From Longimicrobiales bacterium (GTDB lineage Bacteria > Gemmatimonadota > Gemmatimonadetes > Longimicrobiales > Gaopeijiaceae), in assembly GCA_965204735.1 (NCBI GenBank), contig OZ242008.1:416001-480000 (forward strand): a stretch of DNA of 64,000 bases, in the 5' to 3' direction. Shown one piece after another: positions 52,604 to 61,525 of the stretch (the stretch's first letter is position 1; every line of letters begins with the position of its first letter). The notes beneath the pieces were generated by a model that did not search any database, was not told the origin of the DNA, and saw only the letters and a list, made by a program, of their open reading frames with translations. Made by a program: the position numbers and the translations under genes.

Positions 52604-53230
52604 TCAACGCTGGTCGCCGTCGCCTGCGTCCTGGATCACTGGTCCCGGCACGTCGGCTTGGCGGTCGATCCGAGTTCCCCAATTCTCCTGCGGGCGGATC
52701 AGGAACAAGGCGTCGTACGCTGCGAGCGTGTTCACCGTGGTAGCCCTTCGACGGTCCCCGTCGGGTTCGTGGACGATCAGGTCCAGCTTGTCGGAGTCCC
52801 ACGCGCCGGCGACTCCGATGTGGGCCGTACCCCGCCAGCTGATCCGGTGTTCCCTCAGGGGAATCGCGATCGCAAGCTCGATGTCTCCCGAGACCTCCTC
52901 AACCCGGGCGAGGAGTTCGTCCTCGTCGATGTCGAGAGCGGCGGCGCTGCCTGTCAGCAGCCCGGCGCCTTCCGGGCTCCGCAGGTAGTCGGCCAGCAGC
53001 AGGCGGTGCTCGACCGCCGTAGAGGCTCTCATGGCCGCCAGGATGCTGTGCCGGACGGCGGGAGCGCCCAAGGCCGCGGCGGCAGCCCGCGCCAGCTGGG
53101 AGATGCCCTGGTCCGCCTGCGCGACGATCGGCGGCTCGGGCTCGTCGGTGGGGGCGACGGGACGCGAGGTCTCGTCGCACGCGGTCAGCGCCAGGGCTGC
53201 CGCGATGAGGAACTGCTTGGCGTATGTCAT
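52604..53230 (-). CDS. Hypothetical lipoprotein (possibly 3'-truncated)
   Basis: MTYAKQFLIAAALALTAC lipobox; GAGGAG RBS; first gene of the receptor operon. Confidence 0.7.
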   Translation of the reverse strand: MTYAKQFLIAAALALTACDETSRPVAPTDEPEPPIVAQADQGISQLARAAAAALGAPAVRHSILAAMRASTAVEHRLLLADYLRSPEGAGLLTGSAAALDIDEDELLARVEEVSGDIELAIAIPLREHRISWRGTAHIGVAGAWDSDKLDLIVHEPDGDRRRATTVNTLAAYDALFLIRPQENWGTRIDRQADVPGPVIQDAGDGDQR

Positions 53231-53442
53231 GCTGCTTCTCCTCTGCGGGGCGTCTCGGGCGCCTGCCCCGTCGGTTCGTCCGGGGGCCGGATCGGGCCGG
53301 CCCGCTCGTGCCCGTACTTCTTGCTACTCCGGTCGGCCCCCAAGGTTCCCGGAAGGGTTCCCGCGGCGGCGCAGGCGGGCTGACCAAGAACGAGCTCGCA
53401 AGGCCACCGAGAGGTGCCGAAGCCCGTTGCCGCAGAGCCCAG

Positions 53443-53505
53443 CGCATGACGGTCCATCGTCGCCGGAAGCGGATGCACCCGGCGAAAACCAAAGCTACTC
53501 ATGAG
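53443..53505 (+). pseudogene. Remnant 3' end of a sigma54 activator paralogue
   Basis: Encodes RMTVHRRRKRM versus RMTLHRRRKRM at 41688-41720; nucleotide similarity continues into the promoter region. Confidence 0.75.
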
Positions 53506-53511
53506 ATAAAC

Positions 53512-53555
53512 GATGCATATTGCATCATATGACGCATCATATTGCATCATTATGC
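53512..53555 (+). promoter_or_regulatory. Candidate upstream activator sites, copy 2
   Basis: GATGCA-TAT-TGCATC (53512-53526) followed by further GCATCAT repeats, ~140 bp upstream of the -24/-12 box. Confidence 0.6.
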
Positions 53556-53654
53556 TAGTGAGCCTGATGAAGCCGCAAGAGTCGGCCAAGTACCTCACTC
53601 ATATCTCTTTCCCATCAACGCCTAGGCCCCCTTCGCAACGAGTCGCTGGCATGA

Positions 53655-53670
53655 TGGCACGAATATTGCC
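53655..53670 (+). promoter_or_regulatory. Sigma54 -24/-12 promoter 2
   Basis: TGGCAC-GAATA-TTGCC with GG-N10-GC spacing; context homologous to promoter 1. Confidence 0.85.
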
Positions 53671-53749
53671 AGCTGTACGTTCAGCTGTACGTTGTAGTTG
53701 ACCGAGGCCGCACTGGGCCCGCAAACGCCGATGACGAGGATGGAGTCAA

Positions 53750-54949
53750 ATGGCGACAATCCGGCAGAGGACCAAGTTCCTCCTGGGCATCACTGCCCTC
53801 TTACTGGTGGGTGTCGCGTCTGCGCCGGAGCGCTTGGCCGGGGCTCCCGTGTTCCAGTCGCGGCCAATGGCCGACACGCTGCAGCACCACTGGACCCGGG
53901 CGGAGTTCAACGGCGTTCCTTTGGTTCGGCCCACGGTCTTGCTGGTCACCAGCTGGGACGAGATTTGGGTCACGGATGGGGGAGATCGAACAGTGTACAG
54001 GTGGTCCGTCGACGGAAAAGAACTGTCTTCGATCGGCCGAAACGGCGCTGGCCCCGGAGAGTACCTGAGTCCAGGCCTGTTGGTGGAACTAGATGAAGAC
54101 TCCGTGGGCGTCTGGGATCGCCAGTTGCAGCGCATGAGCTTCTTTGACAAAGTCGGCCGATTCCTGAGCTACCGGGAAATCGCCTTGTCGAGTGACTCTC
54201 ACGGCTTCATGACATCGGTGGGACTTCGGAACGACACGTCGTTGGTCATGTCGATTCGCTACCCTGGCCTAGAACCAAGCCCGGTCGACAATCGAGTCGT
54301 CCTATGGAGGTTCGTCGGCAACGGCCTTCGAGCGGACTCTCTTCTCTCCATGCCCGGCACACATATGGCAACCTTTCGACAAGACAACTACAGGACACGC
54401 TACCTGTCTCCCTTTACCCCTCATGCCTATGCCTTCATGACTCCCGACCGCCGTACCATCATAGGCTGGGGTGGACGTAGCAAGCTAGTCGTCTACGATT
54501 CCACCATGCAGCAGTCCAAAGTGGTGCCCTTGGGATTGCCCACGTTGCCCGTCACAAGGGAAAACAGAGACGCCTTTGCGGATTCCTTGTCGGTTGCTCT
54601 TGAACAAAACATAACCCGGTCCGGTGCTGGGCCGTCGGATCGCGCAGTAATGAGAACTATGCACCAGAGGGTACTTCGCGAGTTGAAGTTCCCAAGTGAT
54701 CACCCCCGCTACACCGACGCCTTCCTGGGTGTGGACGATCTCCTCTGGGTCCGACTCCCCGCAGACGCACACGCAAAGCACCTCGAGTGGCGAGCCTACG
54801 ACATGGATGGTTTCGGTCATGTCAGGACCGCATACATCCCTGCCGACGGATTGTTTCTGAACACGCGCACGGACGGTTCATCGTTTTTTGTTACCAAGCA
54901 GGACGAGCTGGGCCAGTCGTACTTGGCACAATACGGCCTTCGGCTCTGA
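53750..54949 (+). CDS. 6-bladed beta-propeller (DUF5128-like) secreted protein, low-GC
   Basis: Signal peptide, WSVDGKELSSIGRNGAGPGEY, DELGQSYLAQY end; GGAG RBS. Confidence 0.8.
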   Translation: MATIRQRTKFLLGITALLLVGVASAPERLAGAPVFQSRPMADTLQHHWTRAEFNGVPLVRPTVLLVTSWDEIWVTDGGDRTVYRWSVDGKELSSIGRNGAGPGEYLSPGLLVELDEDSVGVWDRQLQRMSFFDKVGRFLSYREIALSSDSHGFMTSVGLRNDTSLVMSIRYPGLEPSPVDNRVVLWRFVGNGLRADSLLSMPGTHMATFRQDNYRTRYLSPFTPHAYAFMTPDRRTIIGWGGRSKLVVYDSTMQQSKVVPLGLPTLPVTRENRDAFADSLSVALEQNITRSGAGPSDRAVMRTMHQRVLRELKFPSDHPRYTDAFLGVDDLLWVRLPADAHAKHLEWRAYDMDGFGHVRTAYIPADGLFLNTRTDGSSFFVTKQDELGQSYLAQYGLRL

Positions 54950-55015
54950 AGCTGGCCGCGATCGTCTCGAGTCGCGCCCGGAGCGCCGCTCGCTGCCGGC
55001 CCGACCGCCGTCAGG

Positions 55016-56362
55016 TCAGGAGATCGCTCGTCTGCGGAAGAGTCGATCCGCCAGCACGGCGGCTGCAGGGGCGGCGACGGCGGCCATGACGAGCCCGATG
55101 GCCCGGGAGCCGGCGAACCCGTCCTCTTCGCTCGTAAGGGCCAGGACGACGCCGGGCGCCGACATGACGGCGTTGGCCACGGCGTTCTTCCATGCGCTGC
55201 CGGAGGACAAGCTGGTGCGTCCCGCCCTGCCTACGGCGAACCCCACGCCGACGGACGGGCCCAGATACAGGACCAGTCGAGCGCCGGCGTTGGCTGCGGT
55301 TCCGCACTTGGGCTTGGAGAAGTGGCGAGCGAGGCCGTCGAAGTCGAGGCAGCGGCGGGACACGGCGTAGCCGACCAGCAGTCCGGCGGTGTTGGCTGCC
55401 GAGGCGGCGGCCATGGCCCGCCCCCAACCGTAGGGTCGGGACTCGAGCGACCAGTCGTAGGTGCGGCCGAAGGAAGTGCCGCGGCTGTCGGGGAACGAGG
55501 CGCCGGAGAACGTCTCGATCACCACCACCCCGAACCTGGAGTCGGTTCCGTAGCGGACGCCGGCCTCTCCGGGCGGCACAGCCTCCACGCTTCTCACGTC
55601 CGTGATGGGAAGCGTGTTGAGCGTCAGCAGGCCGTTGGCCTGGCGGACGTTGTCCACGACGACCACGGGCGCCAGGCACCCGCTGCCTGCGAGGGCGAAG
55701 GGACTGCGGAACTCCACGCAGACCATCTCGCCGGGCTGGCTGCGACCGCTGCGGACCCGCATCCCGGGCAGCAGCTGGGCAAGGGCGTTGATCAGGTGGG
55801 CGCCGGTTCGTGCAACGGGGGCGAGCTCCTCGGCGGTGATCCTGTGGCGCGCCGTTCCCCGCGCTCGATCCAGGCGCGCTTCCCGGGTGGGGACCTCCAC
55901 GACCACGGGGCTCAATGCAATGGTCGAACGGGACAAGGCGATCCGCAGGGCGATGGGCTCCCCGTCCGCCAGCGCGAGCTCTTCGCTGAAAGCGCCGTAT
56001 GCAAGGTGGGCGACGGCGACTTCGTACCGGCCGTCGGGCGCGCGCTCGACTCGGAAGAGGCCGGAGGGAGTGGTCTCGACTTCGATCCGGGAGTGGCCGG
56101 CGTCGTCGCGGGCCCGGTTCTCGACGGCGCCTTCGGCGGCCTCCACGAGGACCAATTCGACCACTGCGCCTTCGATCCCCCGGCCGGTTTCCGCGTCCAC
56201 GACCCGCCCGGAGATTCGCGGCGGCCGTTCGCGTTCCTGGGGCGCGGCAAGGCCGTCGAGGGGCGTCGAGCCCGCTGCCGCCGAGCCCAGTGCGAGCCCC
56301 AGCGCCGCCGCCAGCCGCAACGCCTCGCGGCGCCGGCCGGCGGCCTTCCACCGCGCTACCAA
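55016..56362 (-). CDS. CarboxypepD_reg + TonB-plug-like domain protein with hydrophobic C-terminus
   Basis: C-terminal part of ORF 55016..60730: ISGRVVDAETGRGIEGA, CLAPVVVVDN, EAGVRYGTDSRFGVVVIET, then TM-like helices. Start uncertain (TTG 56362). Confidence 0.7.
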   Translation of the reverse strand: MVARWKAAGRRREALRLAAALGLALGSAAAGSTPLDGLAAPQERERPPRISGRVVDAETGRGIEGAVVELVLVEAAEGAVENRARDDAGHSRIEVETTPSGLFRVERAPDGRYEVAVAHLAYGAFSEELALADGEPIALRIALSRSTIALSPVVVEVPTREARLDRARGTARHRITAEELAPVARTGAHLINALAQLLPGMRVRSGRSQPGEMVCVEFRSPFALAGSGCLAPVVVVDNVRQANGLLTLNTLPITDVRSVEAVPPGEAGVRYGTDSRFGVVVIETFSGASFPDSRGTSFGRTYDWSLESRPYGWGRAMAAASAANTAGLLVGYAVSRRCLDFDGLARHFSKPKCGTAANAGARLVLYLGPSVGVGFAVGRAGRTSLSSGSAWKNAVANAVMSAPGVVLALTSEEDGFAGSRAIGLVMAAVAAPAAAVLADRLFRRRAIS

Positions 56363-59300
56363 TCGATTCGCCAGATCCGTCCTCCTTCTCCCGCCGCCCA
56401 GCCCACCCGCCCTTCGGGAGCGAAGGCCACCGCCCAGGCGCTCACGCCGGGGATCGGCTGCCAGCTTCGGCCCGAGTCGGCGGTGTAGGCCGCGCCCGGC
56501 GGCGCCACCGCGACCACGCGCCTGCCCGCCGACGAGACGGCGACCGCGCTTCCGTACACCGCCCCCGGGACGGGAACGGGCGCCGCTTCGGTCCAGCTCG
56601 TGCCGCCGTCGGGCGTAGCTGCCGCGTTGGCGACGACTTGGTCCTGGGCCCTCAAGTCGCCCCCCAGCGCCATTGCAAGTTCCCCGCCCCCGGCAGCAAG
56701 CGTGAACGCGCCCGCGGCCGGTCCCGCCGGAAGGGGAAGGGCGGTCGCGGTCCAGCGGCGGCCGTAGTCCCGGGTGACCAGGAGACGGGCGGCGTCGCCG
56801 GCGCCGGTTCCGATCCAGCCTTGCCCCGACGGCCCCGCAAGCGCGCACGTGCCGCTGGCGGCGAAGCCCCCCTCCGAGCCGGCCGCCGGGGGCAGGTCGC
56901 GAGGCAAGACGCGGCTCCAGCGCTTCCCCCCGTCGCCGGTGACGAGGACGTAGGGGACGCCGTCGAACGAGTCCCCGTAGGCGAAGCCTCTGTCGGCGTC
57001 CCAGAAGTCGAGGCAGTCCAGGAAGCCGTCCGGCTCGTCCATGAGGAAGTCCAAGCGCCACGACTCGCCGCCGTCCCTGGTGGCGTAGATGCGGGACGAG
57101 GGGCCGCTGCCCGAGGTCATCGCCACCGCCGACTCCCAGGAGAAGGCGTGCACGTCGCGGAACTGCAGGGAGTCGCCTCCGGGAGCCGAGACTCGGCGCC
57201 ACGAGCCGCCGCCGTCGTCGGTGCGAAGCAGGACCCCGCCGTGTCCGCCTGCCCACGCCACCTCCTCGGAAACGACGCTGACCGCCTGGAGGACCATTGC
57301 GACGCCCGACTCCTGCTCGGCGACGATGGGGTCGGCGCCCCCCGCGCCTTCGGTCGCGTCGCCCTCGGCCCCCGCGCCTCTGTCCGTCCCGGCGGCTCGT
57401 CCCGCCTCTGGGTCGCCGCCGGCCTCTGGGTTGCCGCCCGCGTCTTCGCCTCCGCCCGCTTCCAGGTCGCCGCCCGCTTCCGCGCCTCCGCCCGCTTCCG
57501 CGCCCCGTCGCCGGTAGATCTGCCGCGCCTCCTCGAACTGGGCGAAGACGTGCTCCTTCTCCCGCTCGGAACGCCATCCGGGCCACTCCCGAGCCATCGC
57601 TTCCAGCTTGTCGATCCATCGGACGGCGTAGTCGGCGGCGGCGGCGCTGCGCACGGGCCGGCCCGCCACGCGCACCCACACCGGGTTGGTGAACGCCTGG
57701 GGGTAGGTCGTGTCCAGCGGCCAGCGGTCCTCCCGCCGTCCTTCGACCCGCAGGTGGAACCACCCGCTCCCGGGCACGGCGACCCGTTCGTCCATGGACA
57801 GTTCGCGCCGGTTCCCGTCGAACGCCCACTCCCGCACCACCTCGCCGTTGAAGACCAGCTCCGCCCGGTCCAGCGCCACTACGCTCCACACCCTCCCGCG
57901 CACCGACACTTGGCCGGGAGCATCCAGCTCCACGTCGCCTCCCGGCCCTCGGCCGTCCACCGAGAACTCGATCAGCGGCCCGGAGCTCGCGTACGCCCGG
58001 CCCGCCCGCAGCCCAGCGAACCAACCGTCCATGGACAGGCCCCCGTCGCGAGTGCGCACGTAGGTCCGCATGGAACCCACCAACGGCGTCGCGTGAAGGC
58101 TGGAGATCGAGTCCTCGCCGCCGACTGCGGCCACCCGGAACCCATTGTTCCACACGGCGTAGAGGGGAGGCCAGCCGTCTTGCGGCGTGGACCACTCCAC
58201 CGCGTCGGCGGCCGCCAGCGCCGCGTCCACGATGAAGCCCTTGGCGCCGCCCAGGTTCCCCTCCAGCGGGTCGCCCGAGTAGAACGAGTGCACGTATCCA
58301 GTCGTCGCCCCTTGAGCCTTCGCCTTCCGCAGCATGTCGGTGTTGCTGGGGTACAGGCTCTCTATTGCGGTGCCCTCGTACCCGGTGGCGTAGGGCGCGA
58401 TCAGGTGGTCCCGGTGTCCGAACATGAACACGTGCCCGTAGAAGGGCGGGCGGTACTCCTGGCCCACCACCAGCATCCGCTCGGGCTCGGAGAGCGGGTG
58501 CGCGCCCCCGCCGGGAACCCAGTACTGGTGGTCGAGGACGCGGTTGTCCTTGTTGGCCACCTGCTCGTTCACGACGTCCTGGTCCTCGGCGGCCGACATC
58601 ATCATCAAGTTGGACAAGGAGTTGCGCAGGTTGCCGGCGTAGTTCATGTGCACGTGGGTGGAGCCGGAGAACCACCCGTCGTCCGACACGTCCGACACCT
58701 CTTCCAGCACCACGGCCAGGGCGGCGACCTCGCCTTCGCGGATCTCCACCTGCCGGGTGTCGGGACGTGTCTCGAAGCCCCGAACCACCGTGATTCGGGC
58801 GGGGCCCACGGGCAGCTCGACGGTGAAGGAACCGGGGTGGTGGAAGACCCTGTCGCCCTCGCGGCTGACTCGGGCGTAGGCGTCGGCGGGGGCGTAGAAC
58901 TTGCCGTCCGCCGCCTCCAGGTGGACCCGCGTGGCCATTGCCCGGCCCGCTTGGTCCAACGTCGCGACCGAGAGGGTTCCCATGGGCCGGGCCCAGCGTC
59001 GCTCGGTGATTTCGACCTTCCGCAGGGCGCCGCCGTTGGTCTCCAGAAGGTGGAGGTGGGGAAGGCCGTCCCCGCCGCCGTCCCCGTGAGCGCCCGCCGA
59101 GGCTTCTCCGTTGGCCACGAAGGCGATCCATTCGGCGTCTGGAGACCAGCGGGGGTGAAAGGCGTCGTGCCGGAAGAAGGTGAGCTTGTACGGTTCGCCG
59201 CCGACCGTCGGCTGCACGTAGAGGTTCTGGAACTGATCGGCGGCCCCCGCCGTGGAAGAGTAGACGAAGCGCTTGCCGTCGTACGCCACGTCGGGCTGGG

Positions 59301-60219
59301 TGCGGTACAGCGTCTGTTCGTCCAGGACGACTCGGCGCTCCTCGATGCCGCCGGCCTTCGCGGGCACGCGATAGACGTTGCCGCTGCCCAGGGCCACGTC
59401 CCGGTTGGAGACCAGCAGCAGCTCGTCGCCCCCCGGAAGCCACGCCGGCGAGATGTGCATGTCCCACGAACCGAAGTAGAGTCGGTCGCGCCCGAAGGAG
59501 TTGTCCTCGGTGACCGCTTCGGGCGGGCCGGTCCAGCGACCGTCGGCGAAGGGGCGGACGTAGACGTTGAAGTATCCGCTGGGCGCCGTGGAGACGTACG
59601 CGATCCGGCTCCCGTCCGGCGAGAAGCGGGGGTCGGCATGAACGTGGCGGGGGTCGCCGGGGCTGGTCGGGCCGGGGCTGGTCGGGTTGCCGGGACTGGT
59701 CGGGTTGCCTGGGTCGGTCGGGTCGTCGGGGTTGGCCAACTCGCCGGGGCCGGTCAGAGACAGACGCTCGCCGGTGGCGGTGTTCATGACCTCGAGGGCT
59801 ATTGCGCCGCCCCCGTCGTCGGCGGTGTAGACGAGCCACTCGCCGCTTGGGGAGTAGTTGGGGGACGAGTAGTAGTCGGCGCCGTGGACGACCTCCACGG
59901 CCGTGCCCGTGGCCGGGTCCACTTCCCAGATCGAGCCGCTCATCGACACGGCGATCCTCTCGCCGTCGGGACGCCACTCCGGATACCAGGGGGACGAGGC
60001 CGGGGCGGGGGGAAGGTAGAAGTTGTGCATGTAGTTGCCGCCGTGGGCGGCCGCGGGGTAGGCGCGCTGGGCGGCCGCGGCGGCGGTCGGCAGGACCGAA
60101 GCGAAGACCGAGGCCAGGACCAGGACGGCCGGCAAGGCCGAGCAGGCGGGCGGGAGCTTCGCGGCGCGGGTCCCGGCGGAACCGGCGGGAGACCAAGGAT
60201 GGAAGGAATGGCGGGTCAT
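56356..60219 (-). CDS. PD40/TolB propeller + CehA/McbA-like PHP metallohydrolase + C-terminal Ycf48-like BNR propeller fusion
   Basis: PD40 repeats (PRFSPDG, PRWSPD), GSTHVHMNY, GQEYRPPFYGH, GGEDS, AFTNPVWV; EAGG-repeat linker; then RTDDGGGSW, FRDVHAF, GGFAASGTC. Confidence 0.82.
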   Translation of the reverse strand: MTRHSFHPWSPAGSAGTRAAKLPPACSALPAVLVLASVFASVLPTAAAAAQRAYPAAAHGGNYMHNFYLPPAPASSPWYPEWRPDGERIAVSMSGSIWEVDPATGTAVEVVHGADYYSSPNYSPSGEWLVYTADDGGGAIALEVMNTATGERLSLTGPGELANPDDPTDPGNPTSPGNPTSPGPTSPGDPRHVHADPRFSPDGSRIAYVSTAPSGYFNVYVRPFADGRWTGPPEAVTEDNSFGRDRLYFGSWDMHISPAWLPGGDELLLVSNRDVALGSGNVYRVPAKAGGIEERRVVLDEQTLYRTQPDVAYDGKRFVYSSTAGAADQFQNLYVQPTVGGEPYKLTFFRHDAFHPRWSPDAEWIAFVANGEASAGAHGDGGGDGLPHLHLLETNGGALRKVEITERRWARPMGTLSVATLDQAGRAMATRVHLEAADGKFYAPADAYARVSREGDRVFHHPGSFTVELPVGPARITVVRGFETRPDTRQVEIREGEVAALAVVLEEVSDVSDDGWFSGSTHVHMNYAGNLRNSLSNLMMMSAAEDQDVVNEQVANKDNRVLDHQYWVPGGGAHPLSEPERMLVVGQEYRPPFYGHVFMFGHRDHLIAPYATGYEGTAIESLYPSNTDMLRKAKAQGATTGYVHSFYSGDPLEGNLGGAKGFIVDAALAAADAVEWSTPQDGWPPLYAVWNNGFRVAAVGGEDSISSLHATPLVGSMRTYVRTRDGGLSMDGWFAGLRAGRAYASSGPLIEFSVDGRGPGGDVELDAPGQVSVRGRVWSVVALDRAELVFNGEVVREWAFDGNRRELSMDERVAVPGSGWFHLRVEGRREDRWPLDTTYPQAFTNPVWVRVAGRPVRSAAAADYAVRWIDKLEAMAREWPGWRSEREKEHVFAQFEEARQIYRRRGAEAGGGAEAGGDLEAGGGEDAGGNPEAGGDPEAGRAAGTDRGAGAEGDATEGAGGADPIVAEQESGVAMVLQAVSVVSEEVAWAGGHGGVLLRTDDGGGSWRRVSAPGGDSLQFRDVHAFSWESAVAMTSGSGPSSRIYATRDGGESWRLDFLMDEPDGFLDCLDFWDADRGFAYGDSFDGVPYVLVTGDGGKRWSRVLPRDLPPAAGSEGGFAASGTCALAGPSGQGWIGTGAGDAARLLVTRDYGRRWTATALPLPAGPAAGAFTLAAGGGELAMALGGDLRAQDQVVANAAATPDGGTSWTEAAPVPVPGAVYGSAVAVSSAGRRVVAVAPPGAAYTADSGRSWQPIPGVSAWAVAFAPEGRVGWAAGEGGRIWRIDW

Positions 60220-60300
60220 GGCGTCTGGGCAGCTCGGGAAGCGGCGGGCGCGACAGGTGAACGTTTGCCGCCCGGTGATCGTACCGCTGCACAAGCGATC

Positions 60301-60336
60301 GCACCAACGCCCACGAACGCACCAACGCCCACGAAC
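60301..60336. repeat. Perfect 18-bp tandem repeat x2 in divergent intergenic region
   Basis: GCACCAACGCCCACGAAC at 60301 and 60319. Confidence 0.85.
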
Positions 60337-60356
60337 GACGAGAGGAACCGGCTGAA

Positions 60357-60908
60357 ATGACTGAAGCCGCCGAGACCGAAGACCGAAGCGGCGCTCTCGC
60401 GTCGCAGGACGCGACCGACAACGAGCAGGACGCGACCGACCAGGATCGGCGCCCCAGGGACCGGCTTCCCGAGGGCCCGCGCCCGTTCGGCGTCGATCGC
60501 TTGCCCCCGCTCGCGGGGTGGCCCCGGCGTCCGCTGCTGCGGTGGACCTGCGGCGGCGCGGCGGCGGTGGCGGCCGTCGTCCTTCCGTTCTTGCTGGGAC
60601 GAGCCTTCGGACCGGCGCTGCGCGGAGCGGCCATGGTGACCACCGCGACCAGCCCGGCGGCTTCGGTGGTCGCGTTCGACGACGCTTCCCGGACCGCCGC
60701 CGCGTTCATGGCGGGCAGGGACACCGCCACGGTGAGGGTGCGCCGGCCGACGACGGCCCGCGAACTCCTCCGCCTCTACCACCTGGAGAACAACCTTTCG
60801 GCCCGGGCCGCGCTCCTGGAACAGCTTGGGGTTGCGGACCTGGAGACCGTGCTGCCCGAGGGCTCTTCCTTCTCCTTCGTGCTCTCGCCGGAACGCCTGG
60901 AACCGTGA
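60357..60908 (+). CDS. Hypothetical membrane protein, C-terminus loosely LysM-like
   Basis: GAGAGG RBS, one TM segment, TVRVRRPTTARELLRLYHL...LPEGSSFSF. LysM similarity is weak. Confidence 0.6.
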   Translation: MTEAAETEDRSGALASQDATDNEQDATDQDRRPRDRLPEGPRPFGVDRLPPLAGWPRRPLLRWTCGGAAAVAAVVLPFLLGRAFGPALRGAAMVTTATSPAASVVAFDDASRTAAAFMAGRDTATVRVRRPTTARELLRLYHLENNLSARAALLEQLGVADLETVLPEGSSFSFVLSPERLEP

Positions 60909-61525
60909 GCGGGAGGGACAGGCGCGCGCAGGACGGGCAGGAACGCGAGCAGGTGCTGTACGAGCGCGAGCAGGAGCTGACGAAGCTGTACCGCCAGGTC
61001 CTGGAGGCGGTCCGCGAGGACGCCGAGGAGGCGATCGGGGAAGCAGTGCGAAGCGCGGCGCCGACGGCGGCCGACTGGGAAGGGATCGTGCGGCGCGTGG
61101 TGCGGGAGGAGATGGCGGGGGTCGCGCCCGCCGGAGCCGAGGGGGCCGGTTCGGCGCCCGCGCGCAAACCGGCTTCGAAGCTGTGGCCGACGTGGGCTGC
61201 GGCCGGCGTGGGCGCCGTGGGGGCGGCGATGCTCGTGGGAGCGGGGTGGTGGATGGGAAGGCTGTCGGGACCGTGGCCGGAGAGGGCGACGGACGCGGGC
61301 GGCGTTCCAGCGGTCGCGACGGACACGACGGCTCCGTCCGTGGACGCGACGCCGGACGGAGCGGCGGACACGGCGGCGGGCGTGAGGACGGACACTCTGA
61401 TGGACATTACGACGGACACAATGGGCGCAAACGGCAATCTTTTGCAGGTCGTTCCGCCGGACACGACACCGGACAGTGCAAGGGACATTTTGGGCCTCGA
61501 AATCTTGCCGAAAGGTGTCCCGTGA
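60905..61525 (+). CDS. Hypothetical protein: coiled N-terminus, TM helix, Thr/Asp-rich tail
   Basis: C-terminal part of ORF 60518..61525; GTGA overlap with both neighbours. Confidence 0.65.
   Translation: MSGRDRRAQDGQEREQVLYEREQELTKLYRQVLEAVREDAEEAIGEAVRSAAPTAADWEGIVRRVVREEMAGVAPAGAEGAGSAPARKPASKLWPTWAAAGVGAVGAAMLVGAGWWMGRLSGPWPERATDAGGVPAVATDTTAPSVDATPDGAADTAAGVRTDTLMDITTDTMGANGNLLQVVPPDTTPDSARDILGLEILPKGVP

Noticed and set aside
55016..60730. 1904-aa ORF and other very long ORFs (33690..38285, 55999..60360, 15815..19051, 20460..23639)
   Set aside because: Off-frame or antisense shadows expected in high-GC DNA; low-complexity R/G/P/A composition over well-supported genes.
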